Assembly (NCBI GenBank): GCA_030141605.1
Contig: JAQGDQ010000733.1
Location: 1 to 64,000, forward strand
Source of the DNA: Tubiluchus corallicola
Taxonomy: Eukaryota > Animalia > Priapulida
Length of the DNA: 64,000 nucleotides
Reading direction: 5' to 3'
Part shown: one piece after another, positions 26,112-40,600 of the stretch
Layout: each line of letters opens with the position of its first letter
Numbering within the stretch: position 1 is the first letter of the stretch
The notes under the pieces: generated by a model
Seen by the model: the letters and a program-made list of their open reading frames with translations, nothing else
The model's database searches: none
Told to the model about the DNA's origin: nothing
Translations under genes and position numbers: made by a program

Positions 26112-29100
26112 GAGTTTATTTCGCATAAAAATCTACAGCTTACAAAGACAACAGGATGTTAGTAAAACAGGTAATACCATGTTAGTAAAGTAACATATCT
26201 ACAGAAATTCAACTTTGTAATATCCACTCATTTCAGAACGCTTGTAATTATATTACAATATAGGGTGTCGCAAGAATCTATAACAGGTATCTTAAAACAT
26301 AATCTTTAACCCTTATAGGGTCACGATTTTTTACAACCGATTTTGGTAACCGGGGGTAAAAAATTACCCCCACCATAATTCGTAAATTACTTTTGATAAA
26401 CCGCCGTGTTTCATTAGTAAACAGTAACAGCATAATTTGTGGTTATGCTGACCACCATAGGATACATTATACCTCTGCTTAAAGACATGTGACTTACTAG
26501 TAATACGAAATTTAAATTCACTTAGTTTCGTTTGCGGGAAGCATGCGAATAGGACGATCACGTATTCTTGCATTGCTTTCCCGTTTGCCACATCTGAAGA
26601 TGTTGAGTGACTGAGTTTATGATGTGATTGTCTTTGTAGTTGTGAGTAGATTAGTTCTACGTCAGCATACAGACGTCTGACATTTTGTTTTATCAGATAC
26701 ATCGCCCGTATAATGTATAGAGAAGCGAGGTTAAGTTTCGACAATTTTAAAAAATCGACGTATTGCATTTTCACTTTTATTTCGTGGTAAGACAATGCGC
26801 CTAAAATAAATAACTGAAAGTATTTTGTGCACAAAACATATTTAGAAAAAGTCATAGAAAAGGTTTAATGGGATGCGTATGGGAAAAGGGTAAAATGCAA
26901 AAAACCGGTCTGGGGGTAATTTTTTACCCCCCGGTGACCCTATAAGGGTTAAATGAGTTCTTAACCTTTAAGTTTACATTCTCGTTTAGATCTACAGTAC
27001 AACCATATTTTAATCTTAAATTTTTTTTTACTGTTATTTACATAGTAGCATAGCTTTGTAATTCTCAATGTGCAAGAGTTTACAATTTTTCTCACAAAGT
27101 TTAATTTTCGACTATCTATTACATAATTCGCAGGCATTGTGTCACAAAAATAAAATAACTGTTTCACATTTTCATTTTGTTTAAAACCAAGTCTTTTTCT
27201 ATAAGCGCTGTTCCATTTTACCCTAATGGCATTGACTTCATTGTTTGACGTACCTTATTATTATTATATTATTAATTCTTTATTTGTCATTAAAATGGTT
27301 CACTCATTATAATAAAATTGAGTAAGCCTCAGCATAATGTTAAGATAACAACACTGTTCAAGACAAATGCGTCCAGTGCAGACTAAAAAAACTAAAGTGC
27401 AAAACTAAGGTCTAAATATATACAATAAATGAACATATTTACAAACACCATATTAAAATATTTTTACAAAACAATATTACAAAAGTACATTCAATTTTAC
27501 ATGACATATTTTACACTATATATACATTTGACATGACACAATTAACAGAAACATGCGATACATTACATAAATTTCACTCATTACATTTACACTATTTATA
27601 CATTTGACATTACAAAACTAGCATAACACGTATTACATTACATAATTTTTTAAAAAATTTCCATTCTTAATCGTTTTATGGAGTCAGGGGCGGGGGGGGG
27701 GTAGATGAAAGTTGAGTCTGTGTAATTAGTATCAGATGCACAACGTGGAAGTTGAAAACTGACTAATGATAACTTACGCTTTCTTTAAAAATGTGAAAAG
27801 TGACATATTAGACACTCCGTATAATGATGTAAAGTAAAGGAAGAAAAATTTGAAAGGATGAAAGCAAATACAACAACCTAAAAATGAACTGAAATACACT
27901 AACTGATCTCATAGTTATCTAAAGCATTATTTAGCTTCATGTAGCAGTTGATTAGTCTGTAAATAATGTGATGGTAGTAATTTGGTTTGGTCCAAGTCAC
28001 CTATACAATGCACGCGCACACGCATGCGCACACGCACGCACACATATTAAGAAAGACAGCAGCACGCTTATAACAATTAGCTTAATGGCTAATTAACCGA
28101 AGAAGAAGATGCTGAAAAAACTGTGTGTCAACTAGGATTCGAACCAGGAACCTGCGCTACAGCACTCAGAACACATGTACACACAGAACGCACGTATGTA
28201 CACGCAGAACACACACACACAGAACAAATGCACACACACACAGAACACACGTATGTACACGCAGAACATACACACGCGTACACAGAACATATGCATACAC
28301 ACGCACGCATGCACACACATGCGTGCATGTGCACACACATGCACACACACACATGTACACACAGAACAAATGCACACACTCACACACACGCATGCACGCA
28401 CACGCACACACACACACACGCATGCACCGACCCACACACACGCATGAACGCACACACACGCATGCACGTATGCACGCACACACATACACACACACACGCA
28501 TGCACGTACGCACGCACACACACACACACACGCACGCACGCACACAGAACATATGCACACACCCACACACACCCATGCATGCATGCACGCAAACACGCGA
28601 CTATAGAAAACTTTAACACACTAAAACTAAAAGAACAATTTCCTTCCCCAAGTTTAAAAATTTCACGTATTTCAAACAAAAAACCAAAGCTTGGGTACTC
28701 AGGGTACATTTGTAATTTGTTTTTCTGCATAAAACTGTGTCAGTTTTATAGATCTGATCTTACACACATTACTTACATTGCTTACAAATTGATTCATTAA
28801 TTTCTCATTCAATCGCGTCATAATCATAACAGACAGACAGACACTGAGTAAATTTAGAAAACTGATAAACTCTCCAGGCTGTGTTTGTTTGGCCCCTGAT
28901 TGAAAGTTTATTTTTATCTGACAAAAACAAACGTGGATGTTTTTTTTATAAAAATATTAGACCAGAAATCATCATCTAATGTTAATATGAATCACAAGAA
29001 GACAACTGATTTTGCATAAAGAAAATTTGACAATAACAACAAAAAGAAAGACATCATGTTTCAGCCCATATGGTGGGTTGTTCTTCAGGCAAAAAGAAAA

Positions 29101-32100
29101 ACGCACAAATAATCACCAAATACTATTTTTGAGGAGGGGGGGGGGCAAGCCAGTCCAACTCAGTGCCGGTCGCAAGCCCGGATAAATAGGGAGGGTTAGG
29201 GTCAGGAAGGATATCCGCCTGTAAAAACTGCGCCAAAACCTTCTGTGAATGAGTCGGTGAGACTTAAAGGGAAAGTCCACAAAGAAGTGGTCAGACCCGC
29301 TCTAATCTATGGGCTGGAAGCAGCTTCTCTAAAGAAGACCGAAGAGAAGAAAATGGGTGTGGTGGAGATGAGGATGTTGAGACGGATGGTGGGAATAACG
29401 AGAAGAGATAAAATTAGAAATAATAATATCAGAGGAACAGTAAAAGTAGTGGAAGCCTTGCAAGATTGCGATGGTATGGACACCTGAAAAGAAGAGTCGG
29501 TGAAGATCTTGCGGGAAGGGAAGACATAAATGAAGAGATGGTCAACAACAGGAATGCGTGGAGAAGACTCACTCACAATGGCGACCCCGCATAGGGAGAA
29601 GCTGGGAAGAAGAAGAAGAAGACTATTTTTGAGGATTTGCATGCTAACAGATCAATAATTAATTAGTATAATGATCTTAATGCCAAGACTATTATTAGTG
29701 TCGGTACGAACCCACAATTCATTAAATTTTGATATGACACTTGAAAGGCAGGACACGTGAAAAAGTTGGAAATCCAGTTCAGAGCTTGGACTTGAGCCCA
29801 ACACCTGATTTGTAGAGCGGTTAATGTTTTTTCTCATTATTTTTCCACTCTATCACTCCATTAATCAAATACCAAGTGTCTCAATAGTTAGCTTAAGAAA
29901 AATACATTTTACAGCACAAATAATTCTTTGTTTAACCCTGTCTTCTTCTAACATATCACAAACAGTTTTGTTGTTTGTCCTTTCTGTTTAACCCACCACA
30001 AATTGTTAGTAACAACATACATTCTTAAAGGAAGACAGAATGATTTTTCCCATAAACACAAACAGTTTTATTGTTTGTCCTTTCTGTTTAACCCACCACA
30101 AATTGTTAGTAACAACATACATTCTTAAAGGAAGACAGAATGATTTTTCCCATAAACACAAACAGTTTCATTGTTTGTCCTTTCTGTTTAACCCACCACA
30201 AATTGTTAGTAACTACACACATTCTTAAAGGAAGACGGGATGATTTTTCACATACTACCCCATTTTCAAATCCAATAAAAAGTGAACACTTTAACACATT
30301 TAATACTGCAAAAGCGTTTCTCATAATAAAATAATAGACTAAAAACTTAATTAACGGCGAGCAAGCCCAACTATTGATGACATCACAAACGAACATAATT
30401 TTCAACAGCAAAAATATTCCATGAGCGTGTTGCATGCGTTTACAAAAGCGAAAATTGAAGTACAGTGCTACTGTAAGATATTCAGTGTGTTGCTGAAAAA
30501 ACTAGGCAAGCTCCAAGATAAAAATTCAAATTTACCACTGTGATCACCCATGACCTATCGAACGTGCTAACACGTTTGACCTGAGAGGTACAGCACCTAT
30601 TTTTTCTTCAATGCCCGTATTGTTTTCGAAATGCACGTAACAGCGAAGAACTAATGGCGCAAATGCGAAATTGCGTTTGTGTAGTAATAACTCTTTCGCA
30701 TAAGTCGTGTTTGAAAAAAATACTATGTTTCATTCAACACAGTGTCATTGTGACATGTTGTATTAAATGCATTATTTCTCTTAATCAATGGACTCTGTGC
30801 TCAATCTATCACTGTGTTCTTTCATGTGTGATGATTTTTTATGATTATAATGAATTTTCCACGATATTAAATTCATATCAAAAGATAGTTTATTACTATC
30901 CATGCTTTTTCTTCTTCACCAGAAGAATTCCCCGCAGCGTTGAGCTGAAATATCACACCATTTCTTTCATTATTGTGCTTTTTTTATTAATTGTACGTAT
31001 TCTTCTCATTATTAATTGCCCACGTGTTGCTGATGCTGCATCTTTTCAAAGCAACACCGAGAGGCGCTTGACGACTATCTCTCCGTAAACAAAAATACAC
31101 CGTTAAATGTCACGATTGCACGCATGAATAAAATCAAAGCAATTCAGATCTTGTCGACAGAAGAAAGAAAGAAAGAAATTCTTCAATAGCGCTGGGCTGG
31201 TTGGTCGCGCGGATAATAAGCAGGCAATCTTATTAGGAGATTTACTGCTATTACAGCGGGGAGTAAAAAATCCAGGTGAGTGGGCAGGTGTTCTTTTAAC
31301 GAGATAAAGATGAAATGATGGCGCTCAATGAATGTACTAAGCGCATACAAGCGAAACCCTGCGAAATAATACTGATTTAATTTCTTAATTTTGATGTAAA
31401 TAATTATAATAGCAAGGCTACTAGTGCAATAGTTCTACTCATAAGCTGTAAGGCAGGGGTGGGCAAATTGTGGCCCCCCGAGAGAATTTGTGCGGCCCGC
31501 GAAGAGATTTGTCAACCTAATGAAAGTGCGGCCCGGGCGATTAATTGAGTGTATCCAGCTGAAGTCCGTGCCACAATCCCAAAGATAGTGCAGGTAGTTT
31601 TTTCTACTAGATCGGATGCCATTAACCCTTACAAGACGTTTGTAGCTTAATGTCACTGTACTACACAGACTGTGTGATACACATTACTAATATGTATTGT
31701 AATGAAATTACCACTATCTGTCCCGAAAGTAGAATATATGGTTGGTAATATAAATTTTAATTACTTCTAAAATAGTTTCTTTAGTTTAGTAGTGCAATAG
31801 TAATGATGTACGCACACCGGATGCAAAAAAAATCGTTATTAGGTCCAACTGTACTTGGCTCCTTGATCAAACTGCCTGTGGCCCGCAGGAATTGCGGGAA
31901 AGTTTAATGTGGCCCGGCTAGTCAGATAATTTGCACACCCCTGCTGTAAGGGATTGTCTCAATGCTCGACTTGCTATTAGACTGGTCCCTAAATCTCTTG
32001 AGGTGCCTGAAGAGGACAGTGAAAATAGGAAAGGTCACTAGTGCACTAGTTCTTTCCAGTTTTTGTCTAATTCGACTAAAAGAATTGCCCAAAGTTTGCA

Positions 32101-32177
32101 TTCATCTGTATCAATTTTCAAACATTTTGGTTTGATTTCTAAAAAATATGGAAAGTAAGTAAGTAAGTAAGTAAGTG

Positions 32178-32240
<63 letters not shown>

Positions 32241-34630
32241 GAGTAAGTAAGTGAGCAAAATTGAGGGTAACGGAATTTTGTTTAATTATGTAACACAGTA
32301 AACGTCCAACTGCCGAAACTAGCACGTCGTTGGAGGACACTACTCTCACATCCGGGGCTACAAAATTTGAAATTATCGCATATCACACATTTCGCAAAAG
32401 TGAGTTTTTCGCAAAACTGCTTGTATATTTTATTTGGTCTTAAAGTGGAAAAAGCCAGGCACACGGGTAAGCTTATTGGGCAGCAGATGTGTTAATGCGA
32501 AGCTAATGTTAATGTTAATAAATAGCAGATCTATTACTAGATTTAAAAAAATGCTAAAAAATCAAATTTCAAGTAAGCATCAGTGAGTAATCAAAATTTC
32601 TATTAGTATCCATCCTCACAGTAGTTGCAAAACAGTGGTGTTAGCTTAATCAAGTTATCTTAATTTTACATACTATTAACAAATAATAGTCTTTCTATCT
32701 TATATATCATCCCATATATGAGCTTCATTCATTACATCATTCCATTTTAAGCATTAATGTTTTTTTATCACACGATTCACTTTAAATTTTCAGATTATTT
32801 CCATTACTTTTTTTCTATCACTGTGTGGGACAATCTAACAAGCCCTGCTTTCTGATTGCCCGCAACACATTTACATTCGTGTATAGGTGAACAGTGTTTG
32901 AGGCTTTTCCTGTGCAGTATTTCTTATTTGTATTATGTTCATTGTAGGCCCTTTCACTAGATATTGTACATGAAACTATTGTAAATGTGTAATGTGAAAT
33001 AAATGACTTATGACTTATGACTAAGCTCTGACATTGGCAACAACAACTTATCAAATAGTATTTAACTGAATAGAAATTGAATAAGACAGATTTGATTCAG
33101 TTTTGAATCAAGTACGATAAATGACCTGCTTATTGGAATGAGAGGTGGGAGGGTGCAAAATGGGTAGCTCTGATCTGGTCACACACAGCTTTTGCTCATT
33201 TACGAAGTTAAACAGCATCATGCCTGGTAAGTAAACGGATGGAAGAGTTGCAGGAGAATTGCTGTCGAACAGTCTCATCGGGCACCACATCTCCAATCAT
33301 CCGCTTCGTTGAAAGAGAACATATGCTCATCTGCATAAGGCTGAAACACCTTAGATGCTTAAGATTCTGAAACTCCAGGTCGTGTTCCAACTACAAACTA
33401 GTCCGCTGTGCTACAGAAAGCCGGGACAGGGTCGTGTTCCAACTACAAACTAGTCCGCTGTGCTACAGAAAGCCGGGACAGGGTCGTGTTCCAACTACAA
33501 ACTAGTCCGCTGTGCTACAGAAAGCCGGGACAGGGTCGTGTTCCAACTACAAACTAGTCCGCTGTGCTACAGAAAGCCGGGACAGGGTCGCGTTCCAACT
33601 ACAAACTAGTCTGCTGTGCTACAGAAAGCCGGGACAGGGTCGCGTTCCAACTACAAACTAGTCTGCTGTGCTACAGAAAGCCGGGACAGGGTCGTGTTCC
33701 AACTACAAACTAGTCTGCTGTGCTACAGAAAGCCGGGACAGGGTCGCGTTCCAACTACAAACTAGTCCGCTGTGCTACAGAAAGCCGGGACAGGGTCGTG
33801 TTCCAACTACAAACTTGTCCGCTGTGCTACAGAAAGCCGGGACAGGGTCGCGTTCCAACTACAAACTAGTCCGCTGTGCTACAGAAAGCCGGGACAGGGT
33901 CGTGTTCCAACTACAAACTAGTCCGCTGTGCTACAGAAAGCCGGGACAGGGTCGCGTTCCAACTACAAACTAGTCCGCTGTGCTACAGAAAGCCGGGACA
34001 GGGTCGCGTTCCAACTACAAACTAGTCCGCTGTGCTACAGAAAGCCGGGACAGGGTCGTGTTCCAACTACAAACTAGTCCGCTGTGCTACAGAAAGCCGG
34101 GACAGGTTTGTGTATGGTGTGAACGTTTAGGGTGCTGAAGCATTACAGAAAAATGTCCATAATTTCTACATTTAAGAAGAAGAACGAAGAAGTATAGAAG
34201 AAGTATTAAGGTTATTGTCCCTGGCATGAATCCTACTGATTTTTTGCAGTGACTCAGCTGAATGATTTGTTTCTGTTCACATTCTTATGTGAATCTAATC
34301 TTCATTTTCACCATCATCTCATTCACTCTTCATTGTCACTTCCTTGTCCTTACTACCCTCCCTTGCATTTCATTTTTTGCTTTTTTATTCTGCACCTTTC
34401 ACTTTTTCTCTTTCCATTTTACCTTCTCCTCAGTCCTGTACGAATTCTACCTTCCTGCACCTTTCACCTTTTCTTTTTCCATTCTGCCCTCTGCTCAGTC
34501 CTGTACAAGTTCTACCTTCTTGGTCGGGCACAGATATATTAATGTCTGGTGAATTTAAACTTTGTTCATTTGTTGTAGTAACAGCTTCTTTGTAAAATAT
34601 GTAACAATGCTGTATTTATGGCATTTTAGA

Positions 34631-34661
<31 letters not shown>

Positions 34662-37600
34662 CTAAACTAAACTAAACTAAACTAAACTAAACTAAACTAA
34701 ACTAAACTAAACTAAACTAAACTAAACTAAACTAAACTAAACTGAAACTAAACTGAAACTGAAACTGAAACTGAAACTGAAGTAAAGTAAAGTAAAGTAA
34801 AGTAAAGTAAAGTAAAGTAAAGTAAAGTAAAGTAAAAGTAATAAAGTAAAGTACAAGTATATAGCATACAGTAAAGTAAAGTAAAGTACAGGTAGTAAAG
34901 TATAGTAAAGTAAAGTAAAGTAAAGTAAAGTAAAGTAAAGTAAAGTAAAGTAAAGTAAAGTAAAGTAAAGTAAACTAAACTAAACTAAACTAAACTAAAC
35001 TAAACTAAAACTAAAACTAAAACTAAACTAAACTAAACTAAACTAAACTAAACTAAACTAAACTAAACTAAACTAAACTAAACTAAACTAAACTAAACTA
35101 AACTAAACTAAACTAAACTAAACTAAACTAAACTAAACTAAACTAAACTAAACTAAACTAAACTAAACATTAAAAAATCACCATGTTGCGAAGTTTGAGA
35201 AAACATTTTAACCAAGCTTCCAAGCTAATAAAGCAGAAATGTTACAACTCCTGGGACGAATTCAACATTCCGAAAAGTGATTTTTACCGGAAACGGTCGA
35301 GTTGGGACTTCACATAAGTGTCTCCCAACACATTAAATCAGCAGCGAAGCACATTCACACGTAAGACTGACACCTGCCGCTACGTTTTATTAGAAATCAC
35401 GCAAGGCACACACTGGAGATTACAAGTACACGTAATACAAGCCGAGCCACAAAGAAATATTAATCTAAACAGGCAGGTGATTGGGAACACGAGCAGTTTA
35501 AGATGATTAAGGTGTTTTAAGAAAACGGAAACATAAAAACATTCAGGCTGCAAACGTGCAAATGTGTTTAAATGCGGGTAAAACAGTTTGGCAAACGCTT
35601 GTAGTGCAGAGGCCTATGTAGTATCACACAGTGAGAAACACGTTAATTTTTACATTGAATATTACTTAAAAACTTAAGATGTGTACATCGTAAAAAGTCT
35701 TGTGTCGGTTTTTTAAACACTTGTAAGTTTAAAATTTAAAATGGCGTCCAAAATGGCCGCCAACTATTCAGGATGGCCTCTAATTAAGTGAAACAATAAG
35801 TCTTAAAATGATAGACAATGTCAAGAATTAACAAGTGTTAATTCATACGAAATTAAATAAGCTTCTGAATTATTTTTGATTCATTTATAAACTTGCGCAA
35901 GTTTACGTACGATCGATACGTGATGTATGAAGGTCACAATGATAACACTGACAAAGTACCCTACAACTACTTGGGAAATGAACGGTGTGTAATCAGCATT
36001 TGCAGTGCCTAACCAGTATTTACAGTGCATAGTCATCATTTACAGTGCACAGTCAGCATTTACAGGGCATAACCAGCACTTACAGTGCATAATCAGCATT
36101 TACAGCGTATAACCATCATTGACAGAGCATAATCAGCATGTACATAATCAGAATTTACAGCGCACAATCACCATTAACAGCGCATAATCAGCATTTACAG
36201 TGCATAATCAGTATTTACAGTGTATAACCAGCATTGACAGAGCATAATCAGCATGTACATAATCAGAATTTACAGTGTATAGTCAGCATTTACGGCGCAT
36301 AATCCACGTTGAAGTTGAGGTGCATTCTGCACACTGAAAAACATAACCTTGAGAAAATTACTGTTAAAGTCAGCCATTGTTTTTTGTCGCGTTTGTACAA
36401 AACACTCTATGGATTTTACAAGAGCAAATTGAAGTTGCGTTTAAATCCAGTAGATGGCTCTTCCAGATGAAGATCTGCGTTTGTCAACAGAAAAAACCCG
36501 TAAACAAAATGGCGGCTTTCACGAGCTACAATCGGGGTTTGAATGTACAAGTTTTTTACAATTGCAGTACTAGTTTCTAGACAGAAAAATGGATAAGGAG
36601 TTATAAAATTAGATTTTTAGTATTTTTTGGACATTTTCCTGATAATTTGATGCTAGACTATAAAAGTCGAATATATTTAGCAATTGTTTTTATTGTTTTA
36701 ACCAAACTTTTGGGTTATTCTACTTGAAACATCATAACGTAGTTTTAACTATGCCGACTAATGGACGGTTTTGGTTTGCAAGCACACGTATAACATTTAT
36801 GTCATAACTATGGCTTACCTCTGTACGTATTTCTAACACCGACTTGAAATCGTTCGACATAGACGCGAGTTTTGACTGCAGCGCCACCACGACAGCATTC
36901 GAGTGAGTCTGTCTGTGACGTCCGTTTTGGCCTCCACTTGAACGTACAAACTGAAATAGTTAAAAATATATACATACGAACGACTGTCGACTAAAAGAGT
37001 TTTGTACCTTGTATACAGCAATGATGTCCTTCACTTAAAACAGTGGTTCCCAAACTAGGGGTAAATTACCCCCCGGGGGTAATATGGTTTTTTTGGGGGG
37101 TAACGGGCACCCCTCTGAAAATTTTTAAAACTTCTGAATGCTCGGAATGCATTTTACGTAGTTTTCTTCTTGAAGAGACTGCCTCCGGTAATACTTGTTT
37201 TGGCAACAATACAACAACAACACCTGGAAATTTATTTATGTCACGAGCAAACATAAATAATTTTGCTTGCTTGTGGCATATACGTGTGTTTACTTTTTGA
37301 GTTGGAGAAGTAGTACTAGGTGGGGGTAATGGACAAGACCGGGTTTCCCGATTTGGGTAACGGTCCGAGAAAGTTTGGGAACCACTGACTTAAAACATGA
37401 ACTGTATTTTATCCTTTCGACGTGTGTATATGATTGCGCTTTAACTGATGACACACACATGAGAAAGTCACTGCTAAATTTATAAATTCATTGTATGCGA
37501 GTCGTATTAAAACAATAGTTTCTGGTTTGTACATCACATGTTAATTATAACTGGCATGTTAATTGTGTATTAATTACTGTAGATAAAGAACTAATATTAC

Positions 37601-40600
37601 ACGGATGAGAATGATAAATTGCAAAAAACTCTGAAACAGGCTGGGGGTTTGGGGGCCGCGTAGGCCCCCATGTGGGTTCTAGCAACAATTGCAATTTTGT
37701 GACCATAGAGACCTCTAAGTGGACTTAAAATATCAATTACCTTGTTTCATGCATATTTAAAATACCCAACTATCAGGATACATGATACCTAATTGTCTCA
37801 AAAACGTCTAAGTACTGGCCGCTCCTATGCAAAAGTATATAAAAACTGTCTGCAATTGACTCAAATAACTCCGCACAATTGATTCTATATTTTTATACAT
37901 AGAGATATACACGTGGTTACACTGATGTACGTGATGTAAACAAAGTGACGGCCTGCCAACTAGCGGTCAGCTTGTGAAATGAAGTACAGGGTCCGTAAAA
38001 ATTTTCTCAACGAATTTACACGATTTACAAAAATGGCACTACTGGTCTTCCAAAAACTCCGGATCTGCGGAAAATTCTCATCCCTGATATTACAAGGGAT
38101 GCAAAAAAAGCAAATGGCATCTTGCAAGATGCCGCATTTGTTGTAAATACATTGTAAATGCAAAACGATCTAAATTGGTTAGATTAACTACATTAACTAT
38201 ATCATCATCTTAGTCTAGCACACAAAAGAAGTTAACACCCTCAACAACATTCAATTTTAAGTAATTTTTACCATTTTTCCATTACAGAGATAAGGAATTG
38301 TTCTCCATTTCTATTGTTACAGTAATTTTCAAATTTACGTACTGGTGGCTCCATCTTTGGGATTTTTTAACATTTCTTACACTAATGTGCAGATGAAGGC
38401 AGCCTAAGAATTGCATTAATTGTCTAAATTAAACTTGAAAAATGGTTTGATGTGCTTACGTTTTGTAAATCAGCAATTTGTTTATTTAACGAGTTTATAT
38501 CTTGTTTAATGATGTACGTCAATTCTTGGATCTCCACCGGCCTGTCGTCAAACAACGATCGCTTTTTTGCCACTGAAAAAGAGTCGTGTCATTAGCCAGG
38601 TTCATTTAAAACAACGTCACTGCAGTACGCAACCTCAGATCTAGTTATATAGCCTAGGGGTGGCAGGCACGTAGCCAGGGGGAACCATGGGAGCCTAGGT
38701 TCCCCTGTCGAAGAATTTTAAAAAAATTATGCACGTTTTGTATCATTTCTAGCTGTCCGGCGGTTCTTAATAAAAAAATTAACGAACAAACATTTGATTT
38801 ACTGCACTAACATTTTTTTGTTATCTCTTCGTACGGTCTTTCGTCACTCTTTCGCCTCCATACAATTAACCTTTCCTTTTAACACCAAGTAGGCTGCTAG
38901 TTTCGCTAGCAATTTTTATCTTAAAACTTGCCGAGTTTTAGTACAACACACTGAATATCTTACAGTAGCACTGTAGTTCAATTTTCGCGTTTGCAAACGC
39001 GTGCAACCCGCTTGTGGAATATTTTTACTGTTGGAAATTATGTTAGTTTGTGATGTCATCAATAGCTGAGCTCATCCACTGTTAAATAAGTTTTTAATCT
39101 AAATTTTAATTACCATAAACACTTTCAGAATTACTTGTGTTAAAATGTTTAGTTTTTATCAGATTTGAAAATGTGGTAGTATGTGGAAAATCACCGTCTT
39201 TAGTTACGAAGCGTTTTTTGAAATGCTTGCACTTTAAATTTGTGTATTTGTCCCCTCTGTCCCTTCCACGGAAAAATAATCTGGTATTGGAAATTCCTCT
39301 CTGTTGGGTAATGGCGTTGAATGAAATCTCAAAGTACTTGTCATCTTTCACTACGTAATCAGTTACACGTAGCAATACCTGCGGTGGTCAACATCGCTTT
39401 TTTACCTGTAAATCTCTTGTATTTGCACTAACATAGCATTGTAAACAACCCGATAATCTTCTCTGATGCTGGATTCTAATTACAACCAGAATGTAGCTGC
39501 CTAGCAGAGCCGTCTTGGGCATGCTGGGCTTTGCCCGGGGCCCCATGAGAATACGGTGCCCCATCCTAATCTATGTACACCATTACTTGCTAGCAATAAA
39601 TCAATACTATATTGTACTATGGAAAATAACATCCTTAAGACAATTTTCTTCGACCAAATTATCAAGCAAATCTTTGCAAAGAAACTTCGCGAATGTTTGT
39701 GCTGAACACTCGACTAACGATAAACAATTCATAATAATTTCTCTATATAGTTTAGCATCTGAGTGTCATCTATATGAATTTTTTTTGGCGTTTTTCAAGG
39801 CTGATATTGTTCAAATATTTGTGTTGACTGATCTTCGCTGTATAGCATATTTTTTAAAGGAAGACAGGATGATTTTTCATATACTACCCCATTTTCAAAT
39901 CTGATAAAAAGTATACATTTTAACACAATTAAAAACCATTTCTGATAATTAAATAATAGATTAAAAACTTAATTGGTAGTGGGTAAGCTCAACAATTATT
40001 GATCACATCACAAAGTAACAATTTTCAACAGCAAAAATATTCCACGAGCGTGTTGCGCGTGTTTGTGAAAGCGAAAATTGAAGTACAGTGTTACTGTAAG
40101 ATATTTAGTGTGTTGTTCTAAAACTAGGCAGCTAAAATTCAAATTTTACATTTACTGCTGTGCTCACGCATGAGCTGTCGAACATGTGTAGTTCGTCACA
40201 AATTGTCACATCTGAAATGAGAGGCAGTCGCCTGTTTTTTGTGCAACGCGTTTCCGAAATGCAGACGTTAGTGCCTGTCTAACTAGCGAATGGCGAAATG
40301 CATGTAGCAGTGAAGAACTAGTGGCACGAACATGGAAATGTGTTTGTGTGGTAATGGTTCTTTCACGTAAGTCATTTTTAAAAAAATAGCATGTTTCCTT
40401 TCAAATGGCAAGGGAAAAGAGTAGAACGTTTTGACGTACAGTTTAAGATTGGGTCAGGTTTTGCTTTAATTCACGTACTTTAAATACAGTGCTTTAATTA
40501 CTACTCATATGTAGCAAAAAAATCATATGTTGCCAAATGAATAATAGTCTGCAATTTTGCATATTCGTATGTTTTTAGCACCCCTTTTAGTTGACTGTTT

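Noticed and set aside
28050-28170. tRNA-like B box GGTTCGAATCC (similar at ~8730, ~29790, ~62350)
   Set aside because: No complete cloverleaf or clear A box; probably degenerate SINE or TE heads, not tRNA genes.
33100-33375. Coding-looking segment left of the 52-bp array
   Set aside because: Short frames with no motif I recognise; likely a decayed TE.
33376-34106. CRISPR-like regular array (also 43046 and 62388)
   Set aside because: Units are contiguous with no unique spacers, there are no cas genes, and the context is a eukaryotic intron.
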